Shown one piece after another: positions 14,120 through 16,019 of a stretch of 16,019 nucleotides of DNA. The first letter of the stretch is position 1. Every line of letters starts with the position of its first letter. Under the pieces are notes generated by a model. The model did not search any database. It was given only the letters and a program-made list of their open reading frames with translations, and had not been told where the DNA came from. A program made the translations under genes and the position numbers. This DNA comes from an uncultured Myxococcales bacterium (lineage in GTDB: Bacteria > Myxococcota_A > Bradymonadia > UBA7976 > UBA1532): positions 1 through 16,019 of the forward strand of contig CALBMW010000727.1 in the NCBI GenBank assembly GCA_937896275.1, written 5' to 3'.

Positions 14120-14148
14120 TTCGTAGCACGGCGGTCTGGCGCCTTCAA
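14120..14148 (-). promoter_or_regulatory. Candidate promoter for the barrel-HEAT-ATPase-PilZ operon
   Basis: On the minus strand: TTGAAG (14148..14143), a 17-nt spacer, then TACGAA (14125..14120), about 35 nt upstream of the ATG at 14086. It is immediately preceded by a GC-rich palindromic stretch plus a T5 run (14150-14176 on the minus strand: GGCGGCCGCCGGGGCGGTGGTTTTTG) that could be a weak ftsY terminator. Confidence 0.3.
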
Positions 14149-14185
14149 CAAAAACCACCGCCCCGGCGGCCGCCTTCGAACCGGC

Positions 14186-15529
14186 TCAGGCCCCCGCGAA
14201 GAGCGCCTCCGCAAAGGCCTCGGCGTCGAAGGCCCGTAGATCCTCGACCTTCTCGCCGATGCCGATGTAGCGCACCGGCAGGCGCATCTCGTCGCAGATT
14301 CCGATGACCACCCCACCCTTGGCCGTTCCGTCCAGCTTGGTGAGCACCAGCCCGGTCACGTCGACCACCTGGGTGAACTCCTTGGCCTGACTGATGGCGT
14401 TCTGTCCATTGGTCGAGTCGAGCACCAGCCAGACCTCGTGCGGCGCGCCCGGCATCGCCTTGCCGATCACGCGGTGCACCTTGCCCAGCTCGTCCATCAA
14501 CTCCTTCTTGGCCTGGAGCCGCCCCGCGGTGTCGGCGATGACCACGTCAAAGCCCTCGTCGACGGCGCGCTTGACCGCTTCGAAGATCACGCTCGACGGA
14601 TCCTGCCGCTCCCCTCCGCGCACGACGGGCACCCCGGCGCGGCTGGCCCAGACCTCGAGCTGCTCCACCGCCGCGGCGCGAAAGGTGTCGCCGGCGGCCA
14701 GCAGCACTCTCTTGCCCTGGTCCGCATAAGTGCGAGCCAGCTTGCCGATGGTGGTCGTCTTGCCGGCCCCGTTCACCCCGACGACCATGATGACCAGCGG
14801 TTTGGCGCGCGCGAGATCGAAGCCCCGATCCTCCACCTTCAGCATGTCGGTGATCTGGCGCTTCATGGCGCCCCACACGCGCTGCGGGTCCTGCAACTCC
14901 TTCTTGCCGAGCGCCTCGTGCACCCGCTCGACCAGCTTCTGGCTGGTGCGCACGCCGATGTCGGCGCTGAAGAGCGCCTCCTCGAGTTCCCCGAGCAGCC
15001 CATCGTCGATGGTCTTGGCGCCACCAAAGATCAGCCCCAGCTTCTTGACGAAGCCGTCGTGCGTGCGCGCCAGACCCTCGCGCAGCGTCCGACCCGCGGC
15101 CTCGGGAGCGGCGGGACGCGGCGGCTCGGGGGGCGGCGTGGCGGGCTTCGCCTTGGCGGCGGGCGCCTTGGCCGGGGCCTTCGCCAACTGCGGCGGCTTC
15201 TTCACCTCGGCCGGCGCGGACGGCTCCGCGACCTCGGGCTTCTTGGGCTCCGGCTTCTTGGCGGGCGCGAGCGGGGCACGGAAGGCAGACCGAGCCCGAG
15301 CCCGCACCTCCCGCTCGGTGCGCGGGTCCGTCAGCGTCGGCTGGGGCACCTCACGGCGCGGCGCGAGGTCCGGCGACCTCTTGCGAAGCGCGCGCACCAC
15401 CACGAAGACCATGAGCGCCACGGCCACGCCATAGATCAGGTACTCGACCCACAGCGGCGCAGCCTCCGCCGAGACCTCGGTCTGGGCCAGCGCCACGTTC
15501 GTGAGCAGCGCCTCGATATCGATCCCCAT
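14186..15529 (-). CDS. ftsY: Signal-recognition-particle receptor FtsY (membrane-anchored form)
   Basis: 447 aa. The NG domain has the G1 P-loop VVGVNGAGKTTTIGKLA, plus DTAGR, TKLDGTAKGG and GIGEKVEDL. There is an N-terminal TM helix (LWVEYLIYGVAVALMVFVVV) and a basic Pro/Ala/Lys-rich linker. The ATG at 15529 lies 10 nt downstream of the smc stop. Confidence 0.95.
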   Translation of the reverse strand: MGIDIEALLTNVALAQTEVSAEAAPLWVEYLIYGVAVALMVFVVVRALRKRSPDLAPRREVPQPTLTDPRTEREVRARARSAFRAPLAPAKKPEPKKPEVAEPSAPAEVKKPPQLAKAPAKAPAAKAKPATPPPEPPRPAAPEAAGRTLREGLARTHDGFVKKLGLIFGGAKTIDDGLLGELEEALFSADIGVRTSQKLVERVHEALGKKELQDPQRVWGAMKRQITDMLKVEDRGFDLARAKPLVIMVVGVNGAGKTTTIGKLARTYADQGKRVLLAAGDTFRAAAVEQLEVWASRAGVPVVRGGERQDPSSVIFEAVKRAVDEGFDVVIADTAGRLQAKKELMDELGKVHRVIGKAMPGAPHEVWLVLDSTNGQNAISQAKEFTQVVDVTGLVLTKLDGTAKGGVVIGICDEMRLPVRYIGIGEKVEDLRAFDAEAFAEALFAGA

Positions 15530-15539
15530 GGTCGGTCCC

Positions 15540-16019
<480 letters not shown>

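Noticed and set aside
13311-14129. Upstream part of the 551-aa minus-strand ORF 12474..14129
   Set aside because: This stretch reads through barrel gene 1 in the wrong frame, giving Arg/Gly/Pro-rich sequence. Only the last ~278 codons show barrel homology to the neighbouring paralogue, so I started the CDS at 13310 or 13298.
14087-14158. 24-codon N-terminal extension of barrel gene 1 (start at 14158)
   Set aside because: The internal ATG at 14086 gives a textbook signal peptide and has a GGAGG SD. The extension would bury the signal peptide.

Overview
Very GC-rich bacterial chromosomal window with strong G/C preference at third codon positions. This inflates the six-frame track with long spurious antisense and out-of-frame ORFs. 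Gene content suggests Myxococcota: a DivIVA homologue in a Gram-negative-type context, GTTCAG-type LexA boxes and paired myxobacterial-style outer-membrane barrels. This taxon call is an inference only.

I support 14 protein-coding genes.

Minus strand, left block (128-4175):
- a membrane-anchored HExxH (MA-like) metalloprotease
- yggU (DUF167)
- divIVA
- proC
- an in-frame Maf-YggS fusion

Plus strand (4370-7356):
- lexA, with its promoter and two candidate SOS boxes
- groES-groEL, with a CIRCE inverted repeat upstream and a hairpin terminator downstream

Minus strand, right block (7502-16019):
- a five-gene, translationally coupled cluster: two paralogous OM beta-barrels, a polytopic HEAT-repeat membrane protein, a 959-aa ParA/MinD-like ATPase with a roughly 560-aa lysine-free, Trp-studded acidic disordered region, and a receiver-like/PilZ protein
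- upstream of that cluster, ftsY and the 3' end of smc

I saw no tRNA/rRNA, CRISPR array, IS or transposase, or integrase.

The most interesting candidate for an undescribed system is the barrel-barrel-HEAT-ParA(IDR)-PilZ cluster at 7502-14086. It contains no recognisable catalytic enzyme other than the ATPase. It reads like an envelope-spanning, c-di-GMP-responsive positioning or scaffolding module. All functional calls come from motif recognition by eye, with no database search.
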